From Rhodoligotrophos appendicifer (lineage in GTDB: Bacteria > Pseudomonadota > Alphaproteobacteria > Rhizobiales > Im1), in the NCBI RefSeq assembly GCF_007474605.1, contig NZ_VHKL01000003.1:75156-99155 (forward strand): a DNA stretch of 24,000 nucleotides, given 5' to 3'. The notes under the pieces were generated by a model. That model had not been told where the DNA came from and searched no databases. It was given only the letters and a program-made list of their open reading frames with translations. The position numbers were made by a program, and so were the translations under genes. This document shows positions 7,479 to 15,777 of the stretch, in pieces; the stretch's first letter is position 1, and each line of letters begins with the position of its first letter.

Positions 7479-8468
7479 TCAGTGGGAATGCGTCTCGATG
7501 AGGGTCTTGAGGACCCTTCGGGTCGCTGCAATGTCGGCCGCTGGGATCTGCCTGAAGGTCTCCTTCTCGATTTCCCAAGAAAATTGGATGACCGCGTTGA
7601 TCCTCTCGGTCCCCTCGGCAGTGAGTTCGAGGCGGCCCAGGGAATCTGTCGTCACCAGCCCTCGCGCCCGCAACTGGCGGAAGACGCTCTGACCCGCATT
7701 CATGCCCAGCAGCATTTCCGGCAGCAACTGATCCAGGGTCCGACCCGGCATGGTCTTCACCGCCCGCAGCAGGATCGATTCCTGCAGCGAGACGCCGCCG
7801 CGCCGCCGTGCCGTCTCCATCACATTGACCATGGCCCCATAGGCCTTGATGAACAGGCTCGTGGTGAGCCGGTCTGCCACCGATTGGCCTGCCCCTTCCA
7901 CATCCATGCCGTCAAGCGACTCGCTCTGAGGATAATCCGCTACGATCGCATAGCGACCCTGAGCGAACAGCAGGGGCTGACGGTCATATCGGCAATAGCG
8001 TTCCACCAGGCCGATGATGATCAGATGGTCGCCGCCATCGACCACCGTAGTCTTGCGGCATTCAAAGCTGGCTACCGCCCCGTCAAGCACCGGCACCCCC
8101 TCGACGCCAGGCGTCCAGGCAACCCCGTTGAATTTGTCCGGCCCCGATTTTGCGAAGATCTTCGACAGCTCGATCTGGTCGTCGGCAAGAATATTAACAG
8201 TGAAGAAATGCGACGCCTCGAACAAGGGAAAGCTTTGGCTGTGGCGCTTGATCGACCACAGGATGAGCGGCGGTTCGAGCGACACCGAGGAGAATGAGTT
8301 TGATGTCATCGCGGCGAGTGTATCCCCCACCCTCGTAGCGATGACCGTAACTCCGGTTGCGAATTGTCCCAGGCACCGGCGAAACGCCGCCGGATCGCTG
8401 GTTGGATAGCCAGCCTCGATCGGTGTGTCCATGCGGGGATCGTCCTCGTGATGGGCTGCTCGGTTCAC
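7479..8468 (-). CDS. Flavin reductase domain fused to a C-terminal MarR-type winged-helix domain
   Basis: 329-aa ORF. The N-terminal ~170 aa carry flavin-reductase-like motifs ([17 protein letters not shown]; [16 protein letters not shown]; FECR...GDHLIIIG). The C-terminal ~120 aa read as a MarR/wHTH ([26 protein letters not shown]...[25 protein letters not shown]). The GTG start overlaps the LLM stop (GTGA at 8465-8468). An alternative ATG is at 8430-8432. Confidence 0.8.
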   Translation of the reverse strand: MNRAAHHEDDPRMDTPIEAGYPTSDPAAFRRCLGQFATGVTVIATRVGDTLAAMTSNSFSSVSLEPPLILWSIKRHSQSFPLFEASHFFTVNILADDQIELSKIFAKSGPDKFNGVAWTPGVEGVPVLDGAVASFECRKTTVVDGGDHLIIIGLVERYCRYDRQPLLFAQGRYAIVADYPQSESLDGMDVEGAGQSVADRLTTSLFIKAYGAMVNVMETARRRGGVSLQESILLRAVKTMPGRTLDQLLPEMLLGMNAGQSVFRQLRARGLVTTDSLGRLELTAEGTERINAVIQFSWEIEKETFRQIPAADIAATRRVLKTLIETHSH

Positions 8469-9493
8469 GCCGTGCGTCCCAGTCGGCGCTCTTCGAAATG
8501 CGGCATAACCTCAGCCGCAAAAGCCCGCAGCATGTTCCGCGACCCGCTGAGATTGAGCAGCAGGATGGAATCGATCCCACCCGCCTGCAGCTTTCGAACC
8601 TTCGCGACGATGTCCGCCGGCGTTCCGATCAGCGCTGCATTCTCCAACATCTTGCGGTTCTCGGCGAGCGTCGACGGCAGAACGATGCTCTTCTTAACCT
8701 TGGCGCCTGCGAGGCTGCCTGCGGTGATCAGGAACTTGCCCAGAATATCGTACCCCTCTTCGACTTCCTCCGGCGTCTCACAGACATGCACCGCCCGCAG
8801 CAGCCCAACTGATTCCAGGCGGCGTGGATGGCCTGACTCGGCAAGCGACTCGCGATAGAGCTTCGTGAGAGCGATCACTTCATCGAAGGCGACCTGGAGC
8901 GCCATCAGCAGGTTCATCCCCTGCTCGCCCGCCCTCTTCACCGAAGCAGCGCTGCTCGCGCCCACCCATAGCGGCGGGTGCGGCTGCTGTGCCGGGGACG
9001 GCTCGACGATGATGTCCTCGTAGTGCCAGCGTTTGCCGTGATGCGAGAACCGTTCCTTAGACGTCCACGCGCGCAGGATGATTTCCAGCGCCTCTTCGTA
9101 GCGCTCATGCGCTTCGGCGATGTCCATGCAGAATCCGTCGAACTCCGTCTCGCGATAGCCTTTTCCGACGCCGAAGTCGAAGCGGCCGTTAGACAGCACA
9201 TCGAGTGTCGCTGCCTGCTCGGCTAGCAGCACTGGATTGTGCCAGGGCAACACCGTTACCGCCGTGCCGAGGCGGATCGTCTTGGTTATCCCTGCAAGAT
9301 AGGTCAGCAAGCTGATGGATGCCGAGATTTGGTTGATCCCGGTGAAGTGGTGCTCCGCCAGGAATACGCTCGAGAAGCCCAGCCTCTCAGCCTCGCAAAC
9401 ATAGTCGATGAACTCGCGATAGGCTTGGCTGTCATTGGCGCCGGCCTCATGGTCCACCGACGTCCTCGCTGTCCCGAACAAGCCGAATTTCAT
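8465..9493 (-). CDS. LLM-class (luciferase-like) flavin-dependent monooxygenase
   Basis: Inner part of ORF 8465..9538, starting MKFGLFG (ATG 9491-9493, GGAG 9 nt upstream). Typical LLM features: FSSVFLAEHHF, LGTAVTVLPWHNPV, LDVLSNGRFDFGVGKGY. Confidence 0.85.
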   Translation of the reverse strand: MKFGLFGTARTSVDHEAGANDSQAYREFIDYVCEAERLGFSSVFLAEHHFTGINQISASISLLTYLAGITKTIRLGTAVTVLPWHNPVLLAEQAATLDVLSNGRFDFGVGKGYRETEFDGFCMDIAEAHERYEEALEIILRAWTSKERFSHHGKRWHYEDIIVEPSPAQQPHPPLWVGASSAASVKRAGEQGMNLLMALQVAFDEVIALTKLYRESLAESGHPRRLESVGLLRAVHVCETPEEVEEGYDILGKFLITAGSLAGAKVKKSIVLPSTLAENRKMLENAALIGTPADIVAKVRKLQAGGIDSILLLNLSGSRNMLRAFAAEVMPHFEERRLGRTA

Positions 9494-9544
9494 CCGCAAA
9501 TCTCCATTCTGACAAAGGAGGCTGGCCGGATCGGCCAACGCTGA

Positions 9545-10426
9545 TCAGTCTTCGTCCCTGAATTCCGCTGACCAGTGCAGCACGGCCTTTTCGACCAGAC
9601 GCACGGAATAGACCAGTGCCAGGCCGACCACGCTCAACACCGTGATCGCCGCGAACATGTCTGTGGCATTCAGCGCCGCGAGCGCTGAGATCATGATATA
9701 GCCCATTCCCGTCGCGCTCCCGACGAACTCCGAGAGCACCACGCCCACGAGCGCGAAGCTCACAGCATTGGGCAACGCCGCAAAGGTCCAGGCTGCGGCG
9801 TAAGGCACCCTCACGCGCCAGAGGATCTGGTGGGAGCTGCCACCAAGGGTCCGACAGAAATCGAGCAGCTCACGCTGCACGCTGAGGCTTCCTTTATAGG
9901 TGTTGAAGAACAGTAGGAAGAACACGACGAACCAGGCCGTCACCACCTTGGAGGCGATCCCCAACCCGAAGATCATCGTGATCAGCGGCACAAAAGCGAT
10001 GCGCGGCATTGAGTTCAAGGTCACGATGAACGGATTGAGCACCCGCGCCAGGAATTTGTTCTGCGCCAGCGCTAACCCGACCACGAAGCCGCTCCCCGCC
10101 CCGACAAACAGTCCCAGGAAGGTCGCCGACAGGGTGCTCCAGAGATTGGGCCAGATCGAATAGGGGCCGGGCACCATCCACTCACCGATACGCGCGATGA
10201 TCTTGGATGGCTGACTGATGAAAAAGGGATCATAGATCGTGTTCTCCGCAAACCACGGAATGCGCGTCAGGAATTCCCAGGCGCCGAGGACGACGGCGAG
10301 GATCCCGATCTGGCAGAGCACGACCTGCATCGATTGGCGTCGGCTTCTGCGCCGCACCGCCTGCAGATATTCGGCGTGGCTGGGCACGACACCGCTGTCG
10401 CTCCGGCTGATGTCGATCGCCACCAT
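9545..10426 (-). CDS. ABC transporter permease, NitT/TauT (SsuC/TauC-like) family
   Basis: 293-aa ORF with about 6 hydrophobic spans and the family loop LNSMPRIAFVPLITMIFGLG. It starts 4 nt after the ATPase stop. Confidence 0.85.
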   Translation of the reverse strand: MVAIDISRSDSGVVPSHAEYLQAVRRRSRRQSMQVVLCQIGILAVVLGAWEFLTRIPWFAENTIYDPFFISQPSKIIARIGEWMVPGPYSIWPNLWSTLSATFLGLFVGAGSGFVVGLALAQNKFLARVLNPFIVTLNSMPRIAFVPLITMIFGLGIASKVVTAWFVVFFLLFFNTYKGSLSVQRELLDFCRTLGGSSHQILWRVRVPYAAAWTFAALPNAVSFALVGVVLSEFVGSATGMGYIMISALAALNATDMFAAITVLSVVGLALVYSVRLVEKAVLHWSAEFRDED

Positions 10427-10430
10427 GGCC

Positions 10431-11273
10431 CTACTCGCTCGCCTGAAACTGCTGGCCGAGAACGGTCCAGATCCGATTGAAGTGCTGGGTAAACAACTCG
10501 CTCTGCCGCACCGTGAACACGTCGCGCGGATGAGGGATGTCGATGCACTCGTCGAGGAGGATCCGGCTGGGCGGCGACGACAGCACGATCACTCGGTCGG
10601 AGAGGGTGATCGCTTCGTCCAGGTCGTGCGTGACCATGACGACTGTCTGGTTGAGCTTCCGCCAGATCTCGATGAGCTCGCGATGCAGATGGGTCTTGGT
10701 ATGCGTGTCGAGCGCGCCGAAAGGCTCGTCCAGCAGCAGAATCTCCGGATCATTCGCAAGCCCCATGAGCAGGGCAACCCGACGGCGCATGCCCCCGGAA
10801 AGCTGATGTGGATAGGCATCGGCGAAATCGCTGAGATGGGCCATCTCCAGCAGCGCATCGATTTTGGCTTTCGCGATCTTGCGGTCGACACCGTTGAAGG
10901 CGGGACCCAGCCCGACATTCTTGCGGACCGTATACCAGGGCAGCACCGTGTCCTTCTGGAAGATATAGCCGAGCCGCGTCTTCCCCCGGCCTGTGTCAAG
11001 CAGCGAGATCTCGCCCTTCGTCGCCTGGGTGAAACCGGCGATGATGTGCAAGAACGTGCTCTTCCCGCATCCCGAGGGACCGACGATCGACACGAATTCG
11101 CCCTTGCCGATTGTCGTCGTGATGTCCCCAATGGCCCAGGTCTCACTCGTTTTTGAATAATAGACCTTGCCCACGCCCTTCGCTTCGATCATCGGCTCCG
11201 GGCGAGGCTGCGCGGCGACCCTGGACTCGCAGGGTTCATGCTCGACGAATCGAAGCGGGGGCGAAACACTCAT
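10431..11273 (-). CDS. ABC transporter ATP-binding protein, NitT/TauT (SsuB/TauB-like) family
   Basis: Walker A GPSGCGKST, signature LSGGMRRR, Walker B ILLLDEPFGALD. ATGA overlap with the SBP gene stop (11270-11273). Confidence 0.9.
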   Translation of the reverse strand: MSVSPPLRFVEHEPCESRVAAQPRPEPMIEAKGVGKVYYSKTSETWAIGDITTTIGKGEFVSIVGPSGCGKSTFLHIIAGFTQATKGEISLLDTGRGKTRLGYIFQKDTVLPWYTVRKNVGLGPAFNGVDRKIAKAKIDALLEMAHLSDFADAYPHQLSGGMRRRVALLMGLANDPEILLLDEPFGALDTHTKTHLHRELIEIWRKLNQTVVMVTHDLDEAITLSDRVIVLSSPPSRILLDECIDIPHPRDVFTVRQSELFTQHFNRIWTVLGQQFQASE

Positions 11274-12334
11274 GTCCCTCGCGCCTTCGTCACGAAAGCC
11301 ATGTCGACTTCAGTGGCATAAGGCAGCTTGGCCATATCCGCGTCGGGCATCATTCGGTCGCCACCCATAACCGTCAACACGCGCTGATAAGCCTCCGGCG
11401 AGACGACATTGTCCTTCGACCAGACCTTCTCCTTGAGCACCGAGATGGTCCGCACGAGAGTGTCCTTCTTAAACGAGCGCAGGAATTCCTCGTGGATCAG
11501 GTCGGCGACGGTCTCAGGAGAATTGGCGAAGACAAATGCATTGCCCTTCATCCATCCCGTGACGAAGGCCTGCACGGCATCTGGCCGCTTCTCAACGAAG
11601 GGCGCTAAAGTATAGATCCACTGTCCCGGCACATCGCCGCCGAGCCCCATGGCGGCAGTCCAGCCAGCGTCGTCATTGATGCTGACGATCGGTACGCCCC
11701 AGCCTTCCTTTTCTGCTTGGTCCATCATGGTCATGGTTGCCATGCTCGCATCGACCTGACCTGACTTGAGCGCTGCAAGCATCTCAGGCGTGCCGCCGAT
11801 GAAACGGATCTCCACACCCTCGAGCTTGCCCTTCTCGACCATATGTGAGGCCATCAGCCAGAAGGCCGACTTTGGCCCGGAAACGCCCAGCCTCTTGCCG
11901 CTCAGATCGGAGAAGCTCTTGATTTGGCCGGACTCGAAATCCTTCCGATTGACGATGACATTTGCGTAGGGCAGCCGCCGATCGATGCTGGCGATAACCT
12001 TGGTCGGCTTGCCTGCGAGGGTGATGATGATCGGATCAAAGGAGGCCGATGCGCAGATGTCGATTTGCCCTGCAGCAAGCATTTGCCTTGCTCGAGGGCC
12101 ATTCTGGCAATCCAGGAAACTGGCATTCAGCCCCGCCTCCTTGAAGAAACCTTTCTTGAGCGCGACGAAGCCGGCGGTGAACATGGCATCGAGATTGCCG
12201 ATGCCGTAAACTAGGTCGCCGGCACTGGCCTGGGCCGCGATCCCGCCGGGAACGAATGCAGCTGTCGCCGCAAGACCTGCCGACCCCGAAAGAAAACGCC
12301 TGCGGTCGATCGTCCGAGAATTATTCTTGAGCAT
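11270..12334 (-). CDS. ABC transporter periplasmic substrate-binding protein, NMT1/THI5 (SsuA-like) fold, Tat signal
   Basis: 354-aa ORF. Twin-arginine signal IDRRRFLSGSAGLAATAAF...AQA. It is the first gene of the unit, directly downstream of operator copy 1. Confidence 0.85.
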   Translation of the reverse strand: MLKNNSRTIDRRRFLSGSAGLAATAAFVPGGIAAQASAGDLVYGIGNLDAMFTAGFVALKKGFFKEAGLNASFLDCQNGPRARQMLAAGQIDICASASFDPIIITLAGKPTKVIASIDRRLPYANVIVNRKDFESGQIKSFSDLSGKRLGVSGPKSAFWLMASHMVEKGKLEGVEIRFIGGTPEMLAALKSGQVDASMATMTMMDQAEKEGWGVPIVSINDDAGWTAAMGLGGDVPGQWIYTLAPFVEKRPDAVQAFVTGWMKGNAFVFANSPETVADLIHEEFLRSFKKDTLVRTISVLKEKVWSKDNVVSPEAYQRVLTVMGGDRMMPDADMAKLPYATEVDMAFVTKARGT

Positions 12335-12395
12335 TTCACAATCCCGTCTGATGGCTCTATCGGCCGTTCAGAACAGGTTCTTGCCACACCCATTA

Positions 12396-12431
12396 ATTGT
12401 CAAGAGAAATATAATATTGTACATATACAAT
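12396..12431. promoter_or_regulatory. Composite operator copy 1: ATTGTCAA-N12-ATTGTAcataTACAAT
   Basis: Box ATTGTCAA at 12396-12403 and inverted repeat ATTGTA/TACAAT at 12416-12431, in the AT-rich gap between the LivF-like stop (12452) and the SBP start (12334). The architecture and 20-bp offset match those at 17115 and 21380. Confidence 0.7.
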
Positions 12432-12451
12432 AATATTTCGAAATTCAGTCG

Positions 12452-13156
12452 TCAAATCCCGAGATAGGCCTGCCGAACTCGGGGGTCGTTGAGCAAAGCC
12501 GAGGCCGGACCGCTGGCAGTCATTCGACCCAGGTCCAGGGCATAAGCACGATCGGCTGCGGCCAGTGCTTTGGCGGCATTTTGCTCGACCAGCAGCATGG
12601 TCACCCCTCGGGATTGGATGTCGGCGATGGCGGCGAAGATTTTCTCGACGATAATCGGTGCGATGCCGAGCGATGGTTCGTCCAGCATGAGCAGCCGCGG
12701 GTTGCCCATCAGCCCGCGGCCGATAGCCAACATCTGCTGCTCTCCTCCGCTAAGTGTCCCCGCCTGCTGATCAATGCGCTGCTCCAGGATGGGGAACAGC
12801 GCCAGGGCATGCTCGAAATCCCGTTTCACCTTCGCGTCTTGGACGCGGGCGTAGGCGCCCAAGACCAGGTTCTCGCGCACGCTCATCCGGCCGAGCACCA
12901 TACGACCTTCGGGCACATGGATGATGCCTGTCCGGACGATCGCGTCCGGCTGAATCGCAAGCAGATCCTGGCCGTCGAAAATGATGCTGCCGGAGGTCGG
13001 CTTGAGGAGGCCGGATATGGTCCGTAGCAGGGTCGACTTGCCGGCGCCATTAGGGCCGATCACCGTGACCAGTTCCCCTTTGGCGATCGTGATGTCGATA
13101 CCATTAATGGCGGAATTCCCGCCATAGCCGCAATGCAGCCCCTTGATTGTCAGCAC
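12452..13156 (-). CDS. Branched-chain-amino-acid-type (HAAT family) ABC transporter ATP-binding protein, LivF-like
   Basis: Walker A GPNGAGKST, signature LSGGEQQMLAIGRGL, Walker B LLMLDEPSLGIAP. GTG start 1 nt after the LivG-like stop. Confidence 0.9.
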   Translation of the reverse strand: MLTIKGLHCGYGGNSAINGIDITIAKGELVTVIGPNGAGKSTLLRTISGLLKPTSGSIIFDGQDLLAIQPDAIVRTGIIHVPEGRMVLGRMSVRENLVLGAYARVQDAKVKRDFEHALALFPILEQRIDQQAGTLSGGEQQMLAIGRGLMGNPRLLMLDEPSLGIAPIIVEKIFAAIADIQSRGVTMLLVEQNAAKALAAADRAYALDLGRMTASGPASALLNDPRVRQAYLGI

Positions 13157-13157
13157 G

Positions 13158-13904
13158 TCAATGCGCCTTTCCCAGATAGGCGGTGATTACATCCGGGTTC
13201 TTGGCGATTTCCTCAGGCGGACCTTCGGCGATCTTCTGGCCGAAATTGAGCACCACGATTTTGTGGCAGACGCTCATCACCAGCTTCATGTGGTGCTCCA
13301 CCAGGACCACCGCGACACCGCTCGCGCCGATCTCCCGAATGATGTTCGTCAGCCAGTCAAGTTCCACCGGATTCATGCCAGCAGCGGGCTCGTCAAGCAG
13401 CAGAACCCGAGGACGCATGGCCATGGCGCGCGCGAGCTCCAGGCGCTTCTTTTCTCCATAAGAGAGCGCGCTTGCTGGCCAGTCAGCTCGATCAGCAAGC
13501 GAAAAGCGGGCCAGCAAATCTTCAGCCTCTACCCGCAATTGCCTCTCCTCTGAGGTCGGAATGGCACTGATTTTTGACAGGAGGGAGCGACATAATATTC
13601 CCTGGCCCGAACGCACATTGTTCCGAACCGTCTGGCTGTTGAACAACCGAAGATTCTGAAATGTTCTGGTCATGCCCGATTTGGCGATTTGGTCGGAACG
13701 ATTGCGGGTGATCTCGCTCCCATTCAGCCTGATACGCCCCGCGCTGGCCGGGAGGAGTCCGGTGATGACATTTATGGTTGTCGTCTTCCCTGAGCCGTTG
13801 GGGCCAATAAGGCCAAGAATTTGCCCCGGGGAGACCGCGAAGCTTAATTCGGAAAGGGCCTTCAGGCCGCCGAATGATTTGCTGAGATTAGAAACGTCCA
13901 GCAT
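13158..13904 (-). CDS. HAAT-family ABC transporter ATP-binding protein, LivG-like
   Basis: Walker A GPNGSGKTT, signature LSYGEKKRLELARA, Walker B VLLLDEPAAGMN, and the LivG-type C-terminal tail. Confidence 0.9.
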   Translation of the reverse strand: MLDVSNLSKSFGGLKALSELSFAVSPGQILGLIGPNGSGKTTTINVITGLLPASAGRIRLNGSEITRNRSDQIAKSGMTRTFQNLRLFNSQTVRNNVRSGQGILCRSLLSKISAIPTSEERQLRVEAEDLLARFSLADRADWPASALSYGEKKRLELARAMAMRPRVLLLDEPAAGMNPVELDWLTNIIREIGASGVAVVLVEHHMKLVMSVCHKIVVLNFGQKIAEGPPEEIAKNPDVITAYLGKAH

Positions 13905-13910
13905 GTTGCC

Positions 13911-14834
13911 TCATATGGCGCTCTGCGCGACTGATGCCTTTTCGGGCTCCTTCTGTCCCTCCCGCAACTTGGCCTCCCGGTTCTTCCTCTCGGCTAAGCG
14001 GAAGCGCAATTCGTCAACCAGCCCTCGGGGGCAGATTACGATCATGATGAGAACGGCTGCGCCATAGAAGATCATCCGGAAGTCGCCGGTAAATCGGAAC
14101 GCCTCTGGCAGGAAGGTCAGGAGAATCGCCCCGAAGACCGGGCCATAGAAGCGCTCCGTTCCTCCAACCGCCACGTAGAAGATCGAGATCAATGCCAGGT
14201 GAAAACCGAAATTGTCGGCAACCACATAGGACATGTATGTGGAATAGAGTCCGCCGCCCACGCCCGCAATAAAGGCGCCCAGCACGAACATCGACACCTT
14301 TACCAGCACGATGTTCACTCCCGCGCACGAGGCGGCAGCCTCGTCTTCTCGGATGGCGTTGGTCGCGAGCCCGACGCGCGAATGCTCGATCCAGGCGAAA
14401 ACTGCTACGAAAGCCGCAACCGCGATCAGGATCTGCGGCCAGGCGGTGAGGACCTCGATGCTGCGAAAACCGAGCGGGCCCGCAGGACCAAGCATCTGGC
14501 CGCCAACGTCTTTCTGGAATTCGAAATTGTTGAAGAAGACGCGCACAACCTCAGAGAAAGCGACCGTTGCCAAAGTGAGATAGATGCCGCGGATCCGCAA
14601 GCAGGGATAGCCCAGGAGAAGCCCTATGACGGCGCACACCCCCCCTGCAACGAGGAGGGCCGGAAAAAGCGAGAAATCGTAAAGCGTGGTCAGCATGCCG
14701 CCGACGAAGGCGCCGATCGACCAGAAGCCAACTTGGGCCAGAGAGAACTGTCCCACCATGAGCGTCGCGTAAACGCTGAGGGCCAGAATGATATTCAGGC
14801 CAGCCAACTCGATCATCGCGATGAGGAAATACAT
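13911..14834 (-). CDS. HAAT-family ABC transporter permease, LivM-like
   Basis: 307-aa polytopic membrane ORF lying between the LivH-like and LivG-like genes, in the canonical order. Confidence 0.85.
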   Translation of the reverse strand: MYFLIAMIELAGLNIILALSVYATLMVGQFSLAQVGFWSIGAFVGGMLTTLYDFSLFPALLVAGGVCAVIGLLLGYPCLRIRGIYLTLATVAFSEVVRVFFNNFEFQKDVGGQMLGPAGPLGFRSIEVLTAWPQILIAVAAFVAVFAWIEHSRVGLATNAIREDEAAASCAGVNIVLVKVSMFVLGAFIAGVGGGLYSTYMSYVVADNFGFHLALISIFYVAVGGTERFYGPVFGAILLTFLPEAFRFTGDFRMIFYGAAVLIMIVICPRGLVDELRFRLAERKNREAKLREGQKEPEKASVAQSAI

Positions 14835-14838
14835 GCCT

Positions 14839-15747
14839 TTAGTCTCGCTTCGCTTCGAGCGCGCTGAACAGACCCTGCGGGCGGATGACCAGCACTGCGA
14901 ACAGGATGATGAACAGGACCGCTTCCTTCATTGAGGCCGAGACCGTCCCCACGACAGTCGTTTCGATGACCCCGACCAGCAGTCCGCAGATCATGGCTCC
15001 ACGGACACTGCCCAGCCCCGCCAGCACGATGATCACGAAGCCAATGAGCAGGAGGTTGGAGCCCATGAAGGGATTGACGGTGCCCATCGACACTCCGATG
15101 AGGCAACCGGCAGCTCCGGCAATTGCAGAGGCGACGGCGAAGACCACGATTTCGATACGCTTGACATTGATTCCCAGAAGCCAAGCCATGTTCGGATTTT
15201 CCTCGACGGCTCGAATGGCCATCCCAGTATGGGTGGAATGAATCCACCACTGGAGCGCTGCCATCAAGATCAGCGCGATGACGAAGATCACCACATGGAC
15301 GCCGCGCACATAGAGCGGTCCGATATCGAAACCGAGATTTTCGAGCGGCGAAGGAAAGGAGGTGAATTCTGGCGAGAACCAGACCACATGGTTGCTAAGT
15401 TGGACAAAGGCTTCTTCCAGGAGAATCGCAACGGCGGCACTGGTAACGAAGGGAGCGAGAGGGGCCGCATTGCGCAGCGGTGCGAAGGCAACAGAGCGCA
15501 CGACTATGCCCAGGATGCCGCCCGTTACCACCGAGGCCGCGAAAGCAAGCCCCAGGACGGCATAGCTCTCCGCCCCACCCAGGCGCAGGGAAATGGTAGC
15601 GCCCGCAAAGGCCGCCACCATGATCACCGCACCATGGGCGATGTTGAGCCGATTGAGGACGCCGAAGATGAGCGTAAAGCCGATCGCCACTAGCGAATAG
15701 GTGGCGCCGAAGAGCAAGCCGCCTAGGATGTATTCGAGATAGATCAT
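14839..15747 (-). CDS. HAAT-family ABC transporter permease, LivH-like
   Basis: 302-aa polytopic membrane ORF. The N-terminus MIYLEYILGGLLFGATYSLVAIGFTLIFGV is typical of LivH. GAGGG SD upstream. Confidence 0.85.
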   Translation of the reverse strand: MIYLEYILGGLLFGATYSLVAIGFTLIFGVLNRLNIAHGAVIMVAAFAGATISLRLGGAESYAVLGLAFAASVVTGGILGIVVRSVAFAPLRNAAPLAPFVTSAAVAILLEEAFVQLSNHVVWFSPEFTSFPSPLENLGFDIGPLYVRGVHVVIFVIALILMAALQWWIHSTHTGMAIRAVEENPNMAWLLGINVKRIEIVVFAVASAIAGAAGCLIGVSMGTVNPFMGSNLLLIGFVIIVLAGLGSVRGAMICGLLVGVIETTVVGTVSASMKEAVLFIILFAVLVIRPQGLFSALEAKRD

Positions 15748-15777
15748 TCTCGCCCTCGCTTGCTCCCGACGAGAGGA

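Noticed and set aside
9545-12334. The NitT/TauT transporter as a CmpABCD-like bicarbonate importer feeding the biotin carboxylase.
   Set aside because: The idea is attractive but unsupported. The SBP is a 354-aa NMT1/SsuA-like protein rather than a larger CmpA/NrtA-type protein. Soil alphaproteobacteria are not known to need bicarbonate import for MCC-type enzymes.
12398-12425. Reading the shared motif as plus-strand sigma70 promoters (TTGTCA-N17-TAnAnn) at all three sites.
   Set aside because: Only copy 3 has a plus-strand gene to drive (iclR). At copies 1 and 2 such promoters would fire antisense into the preceding ABC ATPase or CMD genes, and their -10 candidates (TACATA, TCACAA) are poor. 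An operator is the more economical interpretation.
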